From assembly GCA_963737265.1 (NCBI GenBank), contig CAVTRY010000023.1, positions 64,001 to 128,000 on the forward strand: DNA of 64,000 bases. The letters are read 5' to 3'. Source of the DNA: an uncultured delta proteobacterium. GTDB lineage: Bacteria; Myxococcota_A; Polyangia; Fen-1088. Of the stretch, positions 49,742 to 58,739 are shown piece after piece. Under the pieces are notes generated by a model, which was given only the letters and a program-made list of their open reading frames with translations, did no database searches and was not told the DNA's origin. The position numbers were made by a program, and so were the translations under genes. Each line of letters begins with the position of its first letter. Positions within the stretch are counted from its first letter, which is position 1.

Positions 49742-51093
49742 CGAAAGCGGCGGACGAGGGAGCGCACCTTGCGCGCAACCGCGGGGGAAAAGGTGCCGAC
49801 CGACGTCGCGATCAGATTCTCTGGACGCAAGACTGCGCTGGCCGCCTGCCCAATCCGAGCTGCGGTCACCTTGGCCATGCGTTGGTAGCGCTCGCGCGGA
49901 CTGCGCAGCGGCCGTCCGAAGAGCAAGCTGTCGCCAAACCAGGCGCACAGTCCCTCGACGTCGTCGAACCCGGCTTCGAGATCGCGGGCGTAGCGCCGCT
50001 TGGCCTTGTCGATCTCGTCCTGCGCAACCGGCTTGTCGCGCAACTCGGACAGGATGCCCAGAATTTCCCCGACCAGCTCGGGCAGCTTCTCCGAGGCGCA
50101 AGCAGCGGTGATCTCGACCAGCGAGGTGTCGCCGAGGGGATCGATGCCGGCGCTGACGTGGTACGCCAAGCCCTTGCGATCGCACACCCGGTAGTGCAGC
50201 GGTGTCGACATCCCGTCGTCGAGCACGCGCAAAAAAGCGATGAGCGCCGGGTACAGTGGGTGGTTGTCGGCGAGGGCGCGAAACAGGATCTGGACCTCGG
50301 CTTGGGCCGAGTCGGTCCGCACGCTGAGGAAGCCAGGACCAGGGATGGATTTCGGCGCAGGGCGCGGAACGCAGCGCTGTCCCGCCGGCAGTCCGCCGAA
50401 CGCCCGCTCGGCGGAAGCAAATACTTTGGCGTGCTCGACCGGACCGGCGACGCTCAAGACCAGGTTGCGGGCACCATGATAGCGACGGAAGTGGCCACGC
50501 ACGTCGGCCTGCGTGAACCGGCGGATGTTGCTTTCCGGGCCGGTGATGGGGAACCCGAGCGGATGGCGGGGCCACGCATGCTCGCGTCCCACATCGTCGA
50601 TATTGATTCGCTGGCCACTTTCGTCGAAGTCGTCGAGGATTTCCTCGAGCACGATGGCGCGTTCGAGATCGATGTCGGAAAAGAGCGGCGACGCGAACAG
50701 GTCACCCAGAATCTGCAGGGCATCGTCGATCTCGCGCGGATGCAGCGAGATCTGGTACAGCGAATAGTCGCGTCCGGTTTCCCCGCCCAGCATTCCGCAG
50801 CGATCCTCGATGGCGCGGTTGAGGGCCAAGGAGCTGGGAAAGCCCGCCGACCCACGGAAAAGCATGTGCTCGACGAAGTGAGAGAGCCCGTTGTTGGCGG
50901 CGGTCTCATAGCGCGAACCCGTTCGCACGTAGAGCGCGACCGCCGCGGCATGCAAGTGCGGGGTTGCGACCGTGACAACGGACAGGCCGTTCGCCAGGCG
51001 CGCGGTAGAAACGCGCGCTGGAAACGGGATCAGATCCGCCCGCGCTCTGTCGCGTCGGGAATTCTCGCGCCGGGCGTTGGCCTTGGACTGCAT
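49738..51093 (-). CDS. M16 (pitrilysin) family zinc peptidase; start uncertain
   Basis: LANGL, GSRYE, GLSHFVEHMLFRG (HxxEH), ERAIVLEE, HPLG. Confidence 0.9.
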   Translation of the reverse strand: MQSKANARRENSRRDRARADLIPFPARVSTARLANGLSVVTVATPHLHAAAVALYVRTGSRYETAANNGLSHFVEHMLFRGSAGFPSSLALNRAIEDRCGMLGGETGRDYSLYQISLHPREIDDALQILGDLFASPLFSDIDLERAIVLEEILDDFDESGQRINIDDVGREHAWPRHPLGFPITGPESNIRRFTQADVRGHFRRYHGARNLVLSVAGPVEHAKVFASAERAFGGLPAGQRCVPRPAPKSIPGPGFLSVRTDSAQAEVQILFRALADNHPLYPALIAFLRVLDDGMSTPLHYRVCDRKGLAYHVSAGIDPLGDTSLVEITAACASEKLPELVGEILGILSELRDKPVAQDEIDKAKRRYARDLEAGFDDVEGLCAWFGDSLLFGRPLRSPRERYQRMAKVTAARIGQAASAVLRPENLIATSVGTFSPAVARKVRSLVRRFR

Positions 51094-51358
51094 CGCTTTC
51101 CCGCAATAGTACACGCAGCACCCGCGAAAAGCCGGACGCGCGAGCCAGGAAGGCGATCTTTGAGTGCCCCGGGCACGAGGCCGGCCCGCGGCTGGCGGGT
51201 CGCGTGAGCGAGGGATCGGGTAGCGTGTTCGTGCTCTCCGCGGGGGCGGATGTCGTGGGCGCTACGGATGGAACGGGTCTTCTAGCCCCAGATTTGCTGT
51301 CTCCTTCTTCCCGGTCGGGCATCGAAGAATGTACCCGCAGCTTGGGTTCGGAGGAGTC

Positions 51359-51397
51359 ATGCTCGACAAGGTTCAGCACGTCGTCGTCCTGATGTGA
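51359..51397 (+). pseudogene. 12-codon N-terminal relic of a phospholipase C/phosphoesterase gene, coupled to the permease start
   Basis: SD GGAGGAG, then MLDKVQHVVVLM*; its ATGTGA contains the permease GTG start. Confidence 0.5.
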
Positions 51398-52698
51398 AGA
51401 AGAAGCTCACGCTGGCTCCTCTCGTGGCCGCGACCTACTTCATGGTGGCGGGGGGACCGTACGGTCTTGAGGAGCTCTTGCACAAGAGTGGCTACCTGGC
51501 CGCCATCGTCATCCTGCTGCTCGTGCCCCTGCTGTGGAGCCTGCCCACCGCTCTCATGGTAGGAGAGCTGGCCAGCGCCATGCCCGAGGAGGGTGGTTAC
51601 TACGTGTGGGTCAAGCGCGCGCTGGGTCCGTTCTGGGGATTCGAGGAGGCCTGGCTTTCCATGTGCGCGAGCGTGTTCGATATGGCGATCTACCCCACCC
51701 TCTTCGTTCTGTATCTCGGCCGGCTGTGGCCTGCGGTGGCCGGCGGTCCCTCGGCTTTGGCCATTGGGGTGGGCGTGGTCGTCACCTGCGCCGCCATGAA
51801 CCTGCGTGGTGCCCGCGCCGTGGGCGGAGCCTCCGAATTGCTGTCCGTGCTGCTACTTGGGCCCTTCGTGGTCTTTTGCGCCCTTGCCTGGCTCGGTCCA
51901 ACCCAGGCGACCTCGGTTCGCCTGAATGCGGGCCGTGTCGACTTCGTGGGCGGCCTGCTCGTCGCCATGTGGAACTTCATGGGTTGGGACAACGCCTCGA
52001 CCGTGGCGGGAGAGGTGGAGCGTCCGCAGCGAAACTACCCACGGGCCATGTTGGCGACCACCGCGCTGGTCGTGCTGTCCTATCTCGTCCCCGTGGCCGC
52101 TGCCACACGCACCGGCCTTGCGCCCGAGGCATGGACCACGGGTTCATGGGTGGACGCGGGAAGGCTCTTGGGCGGTGGGCCGCTGGCGCTGGCCATCGCG
52201 GTGGGCGGCATGGTGTGCGGTCTCGGCATGATGGACGCGCTCGTCATGTCCTACTCGCGCCTGCCCATGGTGATGGCGCGGGAAGGGTACCTGCCGCGCA
52301 TCTTTGCACGCCAGATCCCCGGCACCGGGGCGCCCTGGGTGTCCATCGTCGGGTTGTCCGTTGCGTGGTCCTTGGCCTTGAGCCTGGGCATCGAACGACT
52401 CGTCGAGCTCGACGTCATCCTCTACGGTCTCGCACTCCTGCTCGAATTCGCTGCCCTGTTGGCTTTGCGCTTGCGCGCGCCTGACCTGCCCAGGCCCTTC
52501 CGTGTGCCCGGAGGAATACCCGTGGCCGCGCTCCTTGGCGTGGGGCCGACCGTGCTCCTCGCCCTCGCGCTCGCGCACGAGCAGAAGGACCACCCCGACC
52601 AGATTGGCGCAGTGATGCTTGGCGTGGGCCTGGCCTGCGCGGGTCCGTTGGTCTACGCCGTGGCGGCCCGGCACCGCCGGCGTGCGCGGCATGGGTAG
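51394..52698 (+). CDS. APC-family amino acid/polyamine permease
   Basis: YFMVAGGPYGLE, ELASAMPEEGGYYVWV, WNFMGWDN, GEV..PQRNYP; about 12 TM helices. Confidence 0.9.
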   Translation: MKKKLTLAPLVAATYFMVAGGPYGLEELLHKSGYLAAIVILLLVPLLWSLPTALMVGELASAMPEEGGYYVWVKRALGPFWGFEEAWLSMCASVFDMAIYPTLFVLYLGRLWPAVAGGPSALAIGVGVVVTCAAMNLRGARAVGGASELLSVLLLGPFVVFCALAWLGPTQATSVRLNAGRVDFVGGLLVAMWNFMGWDNASTVAGEVERPQRNYPRAMLATTALVVLSYLVPVAAATRTGLAPEAWTTGSWVDAGRLLGGGPLALAIAVGGMVCGLGMMDALVMSYSRLPMVMAREGYLPRIFARQIPGTGAPWVSIVGLSVAWSLALSLGIERLVELDVILYGLALLLEFAALLALRLRAPDLPRPFRVPGGIPVAALLGVGPTVLLALALAHEQKDHPDQIGAVMLGVGLACAGPLVYAVAARHRRRARHG

Positions 52699-52739
52699 AA
52701 GGTTGTCGGGAAATTGCGTGCCGCCCGCAGGGCCAAACC

Positions 52740-52961
52740 CGATACCTCGACCACGTCGTGCCCGCTTGTTCGCAGCCGCTCCGCCAACCGGTGACCGGCG
52801 CAACGATCGACGAGGAATCTCACTTGGCGACTTGGACCGCATCAAGGGAATCGTCGGCGAGGACGGCGTGCGCATAGGCTAAACATGCCCGGATGTCCTC
52901 GGGCTCTAGGCTCGGGTAGTCGGCCAGAATAGCCTCCGCCGTTTCACCCTGGGCCAGAGCC
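52740..52961 (-). pseudogene. Relic DUF433 antitoxin C-terminus plus DUF5615 PIN-like toxin N-terminus
   Basis: ..LAQGETAEAILADYPSLEPEDIRACLAYA..* overlaps (GTGA) MRFLVDRCAGHRLAERLRTSGHDVVEV.., which then degenerates. Confidence 0.7.
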
Positions 52962-53317
52962 ACGTAGTCCCTCCTGTGGCAACTCTCATGAAAACCCAGA
53001 GTACTGTCGCCGTTGCGAATATCATCAAGCGTCGTACCTCGTCCATAGCCGGACAGCTGTTCGGGCCGGGACCCACTGGGGTAGGTCGTCTTTATCGTGA
53101 TGGTGTCATGCCAGGCGACGTTGCCTATGAACTTGACGATTTTGTGGTGGGTGTCGGCCTGGTATTGGACCCGCACGCGCGACATCATCGAACCGGCACG
53201 GCGCAGCCACGCCGAGCAATAGACGTCCGAATCCCACGGCATAGACGTCCATGGCCTTGTCGTGGCCGGAGTCCACGCGAATGCTGACCAGGGAGCTGAC
53301 CAATCTGGCCATCGGTC

Positions 53318-54172
53318 GTGTTAAAAGGCAGCGCCGTGGCAATTCCCAGCAGCGCCGCACGTTTGGTCGTTACCGCCGACGGATTTGGCATGACCGCCGC
53401 GCGCGGCCGCGGGGTGCTCGCGGCGCACCGGCGCGGCATCGTGACCGGTACTTCTATGCTCGGGAACGCCGCCGATGCGGAACAGGTCGCGAGCGATTTG
53501 CGTGAAGCGCCAGAGCTTGGCGTGGGCGTGCTGCTGACCCTGGTGGACGGCCTGCCGGTGACCAGACCCGAAACCGTGCCGTCGCTGGTCGGACCAAACG
53601 GCGAATTTCCGGCTCGCCCACACGACGTTCTCTTGGCATGGGCCAAGGCGACACTTCGGCCGGACGACATCGAACGGGAATTCGACGCCCAGGTGGCTCG
53701 CCTGCGCGACCTCGGCCTCGCCATCGACCATTTGAGCACGCGGGCGCACCTCGGTTTCTTGCCCATCGTCGCCCACGCGGTGGAAAACGTGGCGCGAAAA
53801 CACGGCATCGCCGGGCTACGGATGACAGTCGAGAAACCGACCGTGGCGTGGGCCGCCGAGCTCCCGCGCGGGCTTGCCACGACCGCGCTCGGCGCGCTGG
53901 CCTGGTTCACCCGGCGCGAGCTTGGGCCGCGTCGCCACGGCCCACAAACCTGGGGCTATTTCGAAAGCGGCCGCCTCGACGAGATTCGCATTCTGGAAAT
54001 CCTCGGCCGCATGGGCCCCGGCATCCACGAAATCATCTGTCAGCCCGATCTCGATCCCGCGTTGCAAATCGCGCCGCCACGCAGTGAGGTGTCGGCCCTA
54101 ATGTCTGCCCGCGTACGCGAGGCCATCACTCGCCGCAACATCGAGCTCTGTCGCTGGTCGGATCTGTTTTGA
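53318..54172 (+). CDS. ChbG/YdjC/HpnK deacetylase-family protein (degenerate active site)
   Basis: RLVVTADGFG, GIVTGTSML, LGVG..LTL, EFDAQV, E..ALMS..VREAI. Confidence 0.85.
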   Translation: MLKGSAVAIPSSAARLVVTADGFGMTAARGRGVLAAHRRGIVTGTSMLGNAADAEQVASDLREAPELGVGVLLTLVDGLPVTRPETVPSLVGPNGEFPARPHDVLLAWAKATLRPDDIEREFDAQVARLRDLGLAIDHLSTRAHLGFLPIVAHAVENVARKHGIAGLRMTVEKPTVAWAAELPRGLATTALGALAWFTRRELGPRRHGPQTWGYFESGRLDEIRILEILGRMGPGIHEIICQPDLDPALQIAPPRSEVSALMSARVREAITRRNIELCRWSDLF

Positions 54173-54225
54173 CCCCTGACAAAGCCTCTCGCGTCTCTGC
54201 CGCGCTGACCGCATAATCGTTCCGG

Positions 54226-54960
54226 ATGGACCGGCAGCCAGACCTTCACGCAACGCAGACCTACTACGATCGATTCGCAACCAGCTACGAGCGCGAACGC
54301 CATCGCGGCTATCACCGTCTCATCGACGAGCTCGAGCTTGGGCTTGTCCGCCGCTACGGGACCGGTCGCGACATTCTGGAAGCCGGCTGCGGCACTGGGC
54401 TTCTGCTCGCCGAGGCAGCTCGCGTGGGCCGTTCGGCCCTCGGCATCGACCTCTCTTCGGGTATGTTGGCGCGAGCGCGCGATCGCGGGCTGCGCGTCGT
54501 TCAGGGATCTCTCACGCAAGTGCCCCTGCCCGATGCGAGCGTGGATCTGGTGTACAGCATGAAAGTGCTTGCTCACGTTCCGCCGATTCGTGAGGCGCTG
54601 GTCGAGCTTGCCCGCGTGACCCGACCGGGCGGACACCTGTTGCTCGAATTCTACAATCCGCGCTCGCTGCGCTACTTGGCCAAGCTCCTCGGCGGCGCCG
54701 CCCCGATTGCGGAGGGCACCACGGATCGCGACGTTTTCACCCGCTACGACACGCTGGCGACGGCGCGCGGCTATCTGCCGCCTTCATTGGAATACGTGGG
54801 CATGCGCGGCGTGCGGGTGGTGACGCCTACCTCCAGCGTTTTTAAGCTGCCGGTGCTGGCGAGCCTCTTCGAGCGCGCCGAACGCGTCGCCTGCGACCTG
54901 CCGTTTGTGCGCGACTTCGGCGGGTTTCTCATCGTCGTCGCGCGCAAAAGGACGCCATGA
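54226..54960 (+). CDS. Class I SAM-dependent methyltransferase
   Basis: ILEAGCGTG, GIDLSSGML, ELARVTRPGG. Confidence 0.9.
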   Translation: MDRQPDLHATQTYYDRFATSYERERHRGYHRLIDELELGLVRRYGTGRDILEAGCGTGLLLAEAARVGRSALGIDLSSGMLARARDRGLRVVQGSLTQVPLPDASVDLVYSMKVLAHVPPIREALVELARVTRPGGHLLLEFYNPRSLRYLAKLLGGAAPIAEGTTDRDVFTRYDTLATARGYLPPSLEYVGMRGVRVVTPTSSVFKLPVLASLFERAERVACDLPFVRDFGGFLIVVARKRTP

Positions 54961-56390
54961 CCACGCACGCTGGCGACATCCTCATCGTCGACGACGAGCG
55001 CTCGATGCGCGAGTTCCTGGGGATCTACCTACGCCGCGAAGGCTATCGCATCGAGACCGCGCCGGGAGGCAACGAGGCCATCGCCACCCTCAAGACGCGC
55101 GCCTTCGACGTGATCATTACCGACCTGCGCATGCCGGACGTGGATGGGCTGACGATTCTTGCCGAGGCCAAACGCCTGCATCCCGACACCGAGGTCATCG
55201 TGGTGACGGCGTTTTCCACCACCGAGACCGCGATTGCCGCCATGAAAGCCGGCGCGCACGACTACCTGACCAAGCCGTTCAAGATCGACGAGGTCGGCTT
55301 GGTCGTCGATCGGGCCGTGGAAAAGCGCCGTTTGGCGCGCGAGAACGTGGCCCTTCGCGACGAGATCAAGGGTCGCTACAAACTAGAACGACTGCTCGGC
55401 AAGTCGCCGCCCATGCAGCGGCTGTTCGACATCCTGCGCAAGATCGCATCCACGCGCACCAGCGTGTTGCTCATCGGCGAATCCGGCACCGGCAAAGAGC
55501 TGGCAGCACGCGCCCTGCACGAATTGTCGCAGCGATCGGATCGCCCGTTCGTGCCCGTCAACTGCGGTGCCATCCCGGAATCCTTGATCGAATCCGAATT
55601 GTTCGGTCATGTCCGCGGCGCCTTCACCGGAGCCAACGCCGACAAGCAGGGCCTGTTCGAAGCCGCACACAACGGCACCCTGCTGCTCGATGAGGTTGCC
55701 GAGCTGCCCGTCGCCATGCAGGTCAAGCTGTTGCGCGTCCTCCAAGAGCGCAAAGTGAAGCCTGTGGGCGGCGTGGCGGAGCGCGAAGTCGACGTGCGTA
55801 TCGTGGCCGCGACCAATCGCGATTTGGAAACCGAGGTTGAGAAAGGCACGTTTCGCCAGGATCTCTTCTATCGCCTGAACGTCATCCAACTGCGTATGCC
55901 GCCTCTGCGCGAGCGGCGCGAGGATCTCCCCCTGCTCGTCGACCACTTCGTGCGCAAGTTTTCTGCCGAGCACGAGCGCAACGTCGTGCGCGCCGAGCCT
56001 GAGGTGATGTCCGCGCTCATGTCGTATCACTTCCCGGGAAACGTGCGCGAGCTGGAGAACATGATCGAACGCGCGGTCACGCTCGCCACCACCGACCGGC
56101 TGGCGCTCGACGCATTTCCCAACCTCGTCGGGCTGCCATCGGCCCATGCGGGAGCGGATGCGGTCGGCAATCTTCCCGAGGACGGCCTCGATCTCGAACG
56201 CCACCTGGAGGAGTACGAACGCGGCATCATCATCAAGGCACTCGAACGAACCGGCGGCAATCGCACCCTGGCGGCGCGTCTGCTCCACGTCTCGTTCCGA
56301 TCCATCCGATATCGTTTGTCGAAACTGGGTATCACCGGCATCGATACCGGTGTCGAATTGGTGGATCACCCTCCCTTGCCGGAGCCATAG
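54957..56390 (+). CDS. Sigma54-dependent response regulator (PilR/NtrC-like)
   Basis: REC domain, GESGTGKE, GAFTGA, LDEV, RQDLFYRL, PGNVREL, Fis HTH. Confidence 0.93.
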   Translation: MTTHAGDILIVDDERSMREFLGIYLRREGYRIETAPGGNEAIATLKTRAFDVIITDLRMPDVDGLTILAEAKRLHPDTEVIVVTAFSTTETAIAAMKAGAHDYLTKPFKIDEVGLVVDRAVEKRRLARENVALRDEIKGRYKLERLLGKSPPMQRLFDILRKIASTRTSVLLIGESGTGKELAARALHELSQRSDRPFVPVNCGAIPESLIESELFGHVRGAFTGANADKQGLFEAAHNGTLLLDEVAELPVAMQVKLLRVLQERKVKPVGGVAEREVDVRIVAATNRDLETEVEKGTFRQDLFYRLNVIQLRMPPLRERREDLPLLVDHFVRKFSAEHERNVVRAEPEVMSALMSYHFPGNVRELENMIERAVTLATTDRLALDAFPNLVGLPSAHAGADAVGNLPEDGLDLERHLEEYERGIIIKALERTGGNRTLAARLLHVSFRSIRYRLSKLGITGIDTGVELVDHPPLPEP

Positions 56391-56396
56391 GTATCC

Positions 56397-57311
56397 GTGG
56401 TTTTCCCGGCGGCGAACGGCCCACCCGCACCGCGACACCGAGCTCTGCTTGGCATCGTCCTCGGGGCAGCCCTTGTGGCGATGATGACTGTCTCGCTCTT
56501 TTGTTTGGCGCGGGCCAATCGCCTGCGCGACACGTGGCCCGCCGAGGCCGATACCTTTTACCTTCCCCCGGCGACGGCCCTGCGGGTCGCCAGCCTCGGC
56601 CACACCGAACTGTTCGCGGACTTGGTTCACGCCCGCGCGAACATTTACTTCGGCACGCAGATGCATGCGCGCGTGCCGACGAAATGGTTGGCAAGCTACC
56701 TGAACGCGGCGATGGATCTCGATCCAAAATTCGAGCGACTCTATCTTTCCGGCGCCGCCATGCTCATCTACAACGGCCAGAAGATTTCCCCCGAGACGGT
56801 GTTGGCCGCCATCGACGTGCTGGAGCGTGGACGCAAGGCCTTCCCCTTCGAGTGGGAGTTTCCGTTCCAAATCGGTTTCAATCTGCTGTTCGAGCTTCCG
56901 CAGGACGCGAGTGAAGACGATCCGCGCGTGCCCGGCTGGCGGCAAAAAGGCGTCGAAGTCCTGCGCCAGGCCGCCCTCTACGAGGGCATTCCCTATTTCG
57001 TTCCCAATCTCGTCGCACGCATGCTGACCAAGGATGGCGCCGACGATCTGGCGATTCGCCACCTCGAACAGGCCTACGCCGTCGCCAGCAATGTGGAGGC
57101 ACGAGCGCAAATTCGCAACAAGCTGATGGCGCTGCGCGGGCAGCAGTTTTCCGCTCAATTGGAAGACAATCTTCGATCGTTCAACAACATGCTCGCCGAG
57201 CGTTTCACCTACGCCCCGGAAGCCTTCTCCATCGTGGCGGGTCCCCGCACCACCGCGCGTGGAATCGTCGCACTGCCGGGAGAATCCACGCCGGACTTGA
57301 AAGCCCCATGA
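56397..57311 (+). CDS. Membrane-anchored helical (TPR-like) hypothetical protein
   Basis: N-terminal TM; LP..LRVASLGH..AD, LDPKF, LERG..FP..W; resembles deltaproteobacterial pilus-accessory proteins (recalled, unverified). Confidence 0.6.
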   Translation: MVFPAANGPPAPRHRALLGIVLGAALVAMMTVSLFCLARANRLRDTWPAEADTFYLPPATALRVASLGHTELFADLVHARANIYFGTQMHARVPTKWLASYLNAAMDLDPKFERLYLSGAAMLIYNGQKISPETVLAAIDVLERGRKAFPFEWEFPFQIGFNLLFELPQDASEDDPRVPGWRQKGVEVLRQAALYEGIPYFVPNLVARMLTKDGADDLAIRHLEQAYAVASNVEARAQIRNKLMALRGQQFSAQLEDNLRSFNNMLAERFTYAPEAFSIVAGPRTTARGIVALPGESTPDLKAP

Positions 57312-57943
57312 AGTTGACGCTCCCGCCCCGGGAAACCCTCACGCCGAACAACGAATACGATCCGCTGCCCTACTATTATCGGCCGCTCACCGGCTGGCTC
57401 TACCGCAAGCGCCTTCAGATGGGACTCGATCTGTTGCCCGGCAGCGGAGCGAGGATTCTTGAGGTTGGCGTAGGAAGCGGGATCCTGGTTTCCACGCTGT
57501 CCGCGCATTTTCGCGAGTACATGGGGACAGACTTGGTCTTGGCCGCCGGGCTCGAACGCCTCGCCGCGCCCGAGTGCCATAGCGAATTTCTCAGCGCCGA
57601 TCTCTTGCAGGAGGGAAGTCTGCCCGCGAGCAGCTTCGACGCCGTGGTTTGCCTGTCCGTGCTTGAGCACATCGCGGACGCCGGGGGTGCGGCCCGCGCC
57701 CTTGCCCGCGCCCTGAGCAAGGGCGGGACCCTGGTCGCCGGCTACCCGATGGTCAATGGTTTCATGGCTAAGCTATTTCGCGCCATCGGGTTTGGCGACA
57801 TCGAAGCCCACCACATCACGGCACCCGCCACCATCGACAAGGCCCTGCGGCGCGTGCTCCGCCCGGTTCGGCGAAAAGCCCTGCCGCCCTGCGCGCCCGT
57901 GCCGCTGGCGCTCTATCAGTGCACGTCGTGGGTGAAGGACTAG
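57308..57943 (+). CDS. Class I SAM-dependent methyltransferase
   Basis: ILEVGVGSG, FDAVVCLSVLEHI, LSKGG. Confidence 0.88.
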   Translation: MKLTLPPRETLTPNNEYDPLPYYYRPLTGWLYRKRLQMGLDLLPGSGARILEVGVGSGILVSTLSAHFREYMGTDLVLAAGLERLAAPECHSEFLSADLLQEGSLPASSFDAVVCLSVLEHIADAGGAARALARALSKGGTLVAGYPMVNGFMAKLFRAIGFGDIEAHHITAPATIDKALRRVLRPVRRKALPPCAPVPLALYQCTSWVKD

Positions 57944-57944
57944 A

Positions 57945-58739
57945 CTAGGTTCGCTCAACGACAACCAACACGCGGAAACCTAACCAACGAAATACGGCGC
58001 GCGGAAGGCGATTTTCGACCGCCAATAGCGCCCGCCAAAGTGACATCGGCAATAAGGGTGATCGCGAAAAACCACCACTGGCGGGATACGCGAAGCCGGC
58101 AAAGCGCTCGATGCTCGTGACCGTAAGGTGCGGAAATAGTCGCGCGAATTCAGGGCCGCCGTCGCGGGCGAAAATCAGCGTCGGCGTGGCTTGGTTGGAT
58201 GCGAAGGGATCCTTCACATTCGCGCTCGCATGCACGACCGCGCTGGCCAAGAGTCCGGCCGTCATGTCCACGGGTTCTTCGTGAAAGAGGCGATAGACCC
58301 AATACGACACCGGGCTGATGTAGGGCTCGCACAGCAGGATGCGACCACCCAGCCGAAGCACGCGCGCGGCTTCGGCGAAGAACGTCGTGGAATCGGCCAG
58401 GTGGTGGAGCACGTCGAAGAGCACCAGCGCCCCCACTTCGCCGTCGCCGAAGGGAAGCGTCTCGGCCGAGACGCGGCGGTCGTGCCACGGCGCCTGCACC
58501 ACGTCGGTGAGGATCAGATCGGGAATGAACTCGCGCGCGAAACCTGGACCCGAGCCGATTTCGATCCACGGGCCGAGGTCGCGCACGGGCAAGTGCTCGC
58601 GCAGGCGCTGGTACCAGGCGCTGTAGAGCGTGCGCAAAGGCTCGTTGGAACGCCAGGCGCGGCGGTGATCCTCGAAGCGCGCCAGGGTTCGTGCGCGCAC
58701 ATCCGCTGGCAGCGGGGGCACGTCGGGCGGATCAGACAT
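57945..58739 (-). CDS. Class I SAM-dependent methyltransferase
   Basis: IEIGSGPG, LPF, FDVLHHL, EAARVLRLGG. Confidence 0.88.
   Translation of the reverse strand: MSDPPDVPPLPADVRARTLARFEDHRRAWRSNEPLRTLYSAWYQRLREHLPVRDLGPWIEIGSGPGFAREFIPDLILTDVVQAPWHDRRVSAETLPFGDGEVGALVLFDVLHHLADSTTFFAEAARVLRLGGRILLCEPYISPVSYWVYRLFHEEPVDMTAGLLASAVVHASANVKDPFASNQATPTLIFARDGGPEFARLFPHLTVTSIERFAGFAYPASGGFSRSPLLPMSLWRALLAVENRLPRAVFRWLGFRVLVVVERT

Noticed and set aside
49255-51207. 650-aa plus-strand ORF
   Set aside because: Overlaps a real exported-protein gene and lies antisense to the M16 peptidase; no recognisable domain.
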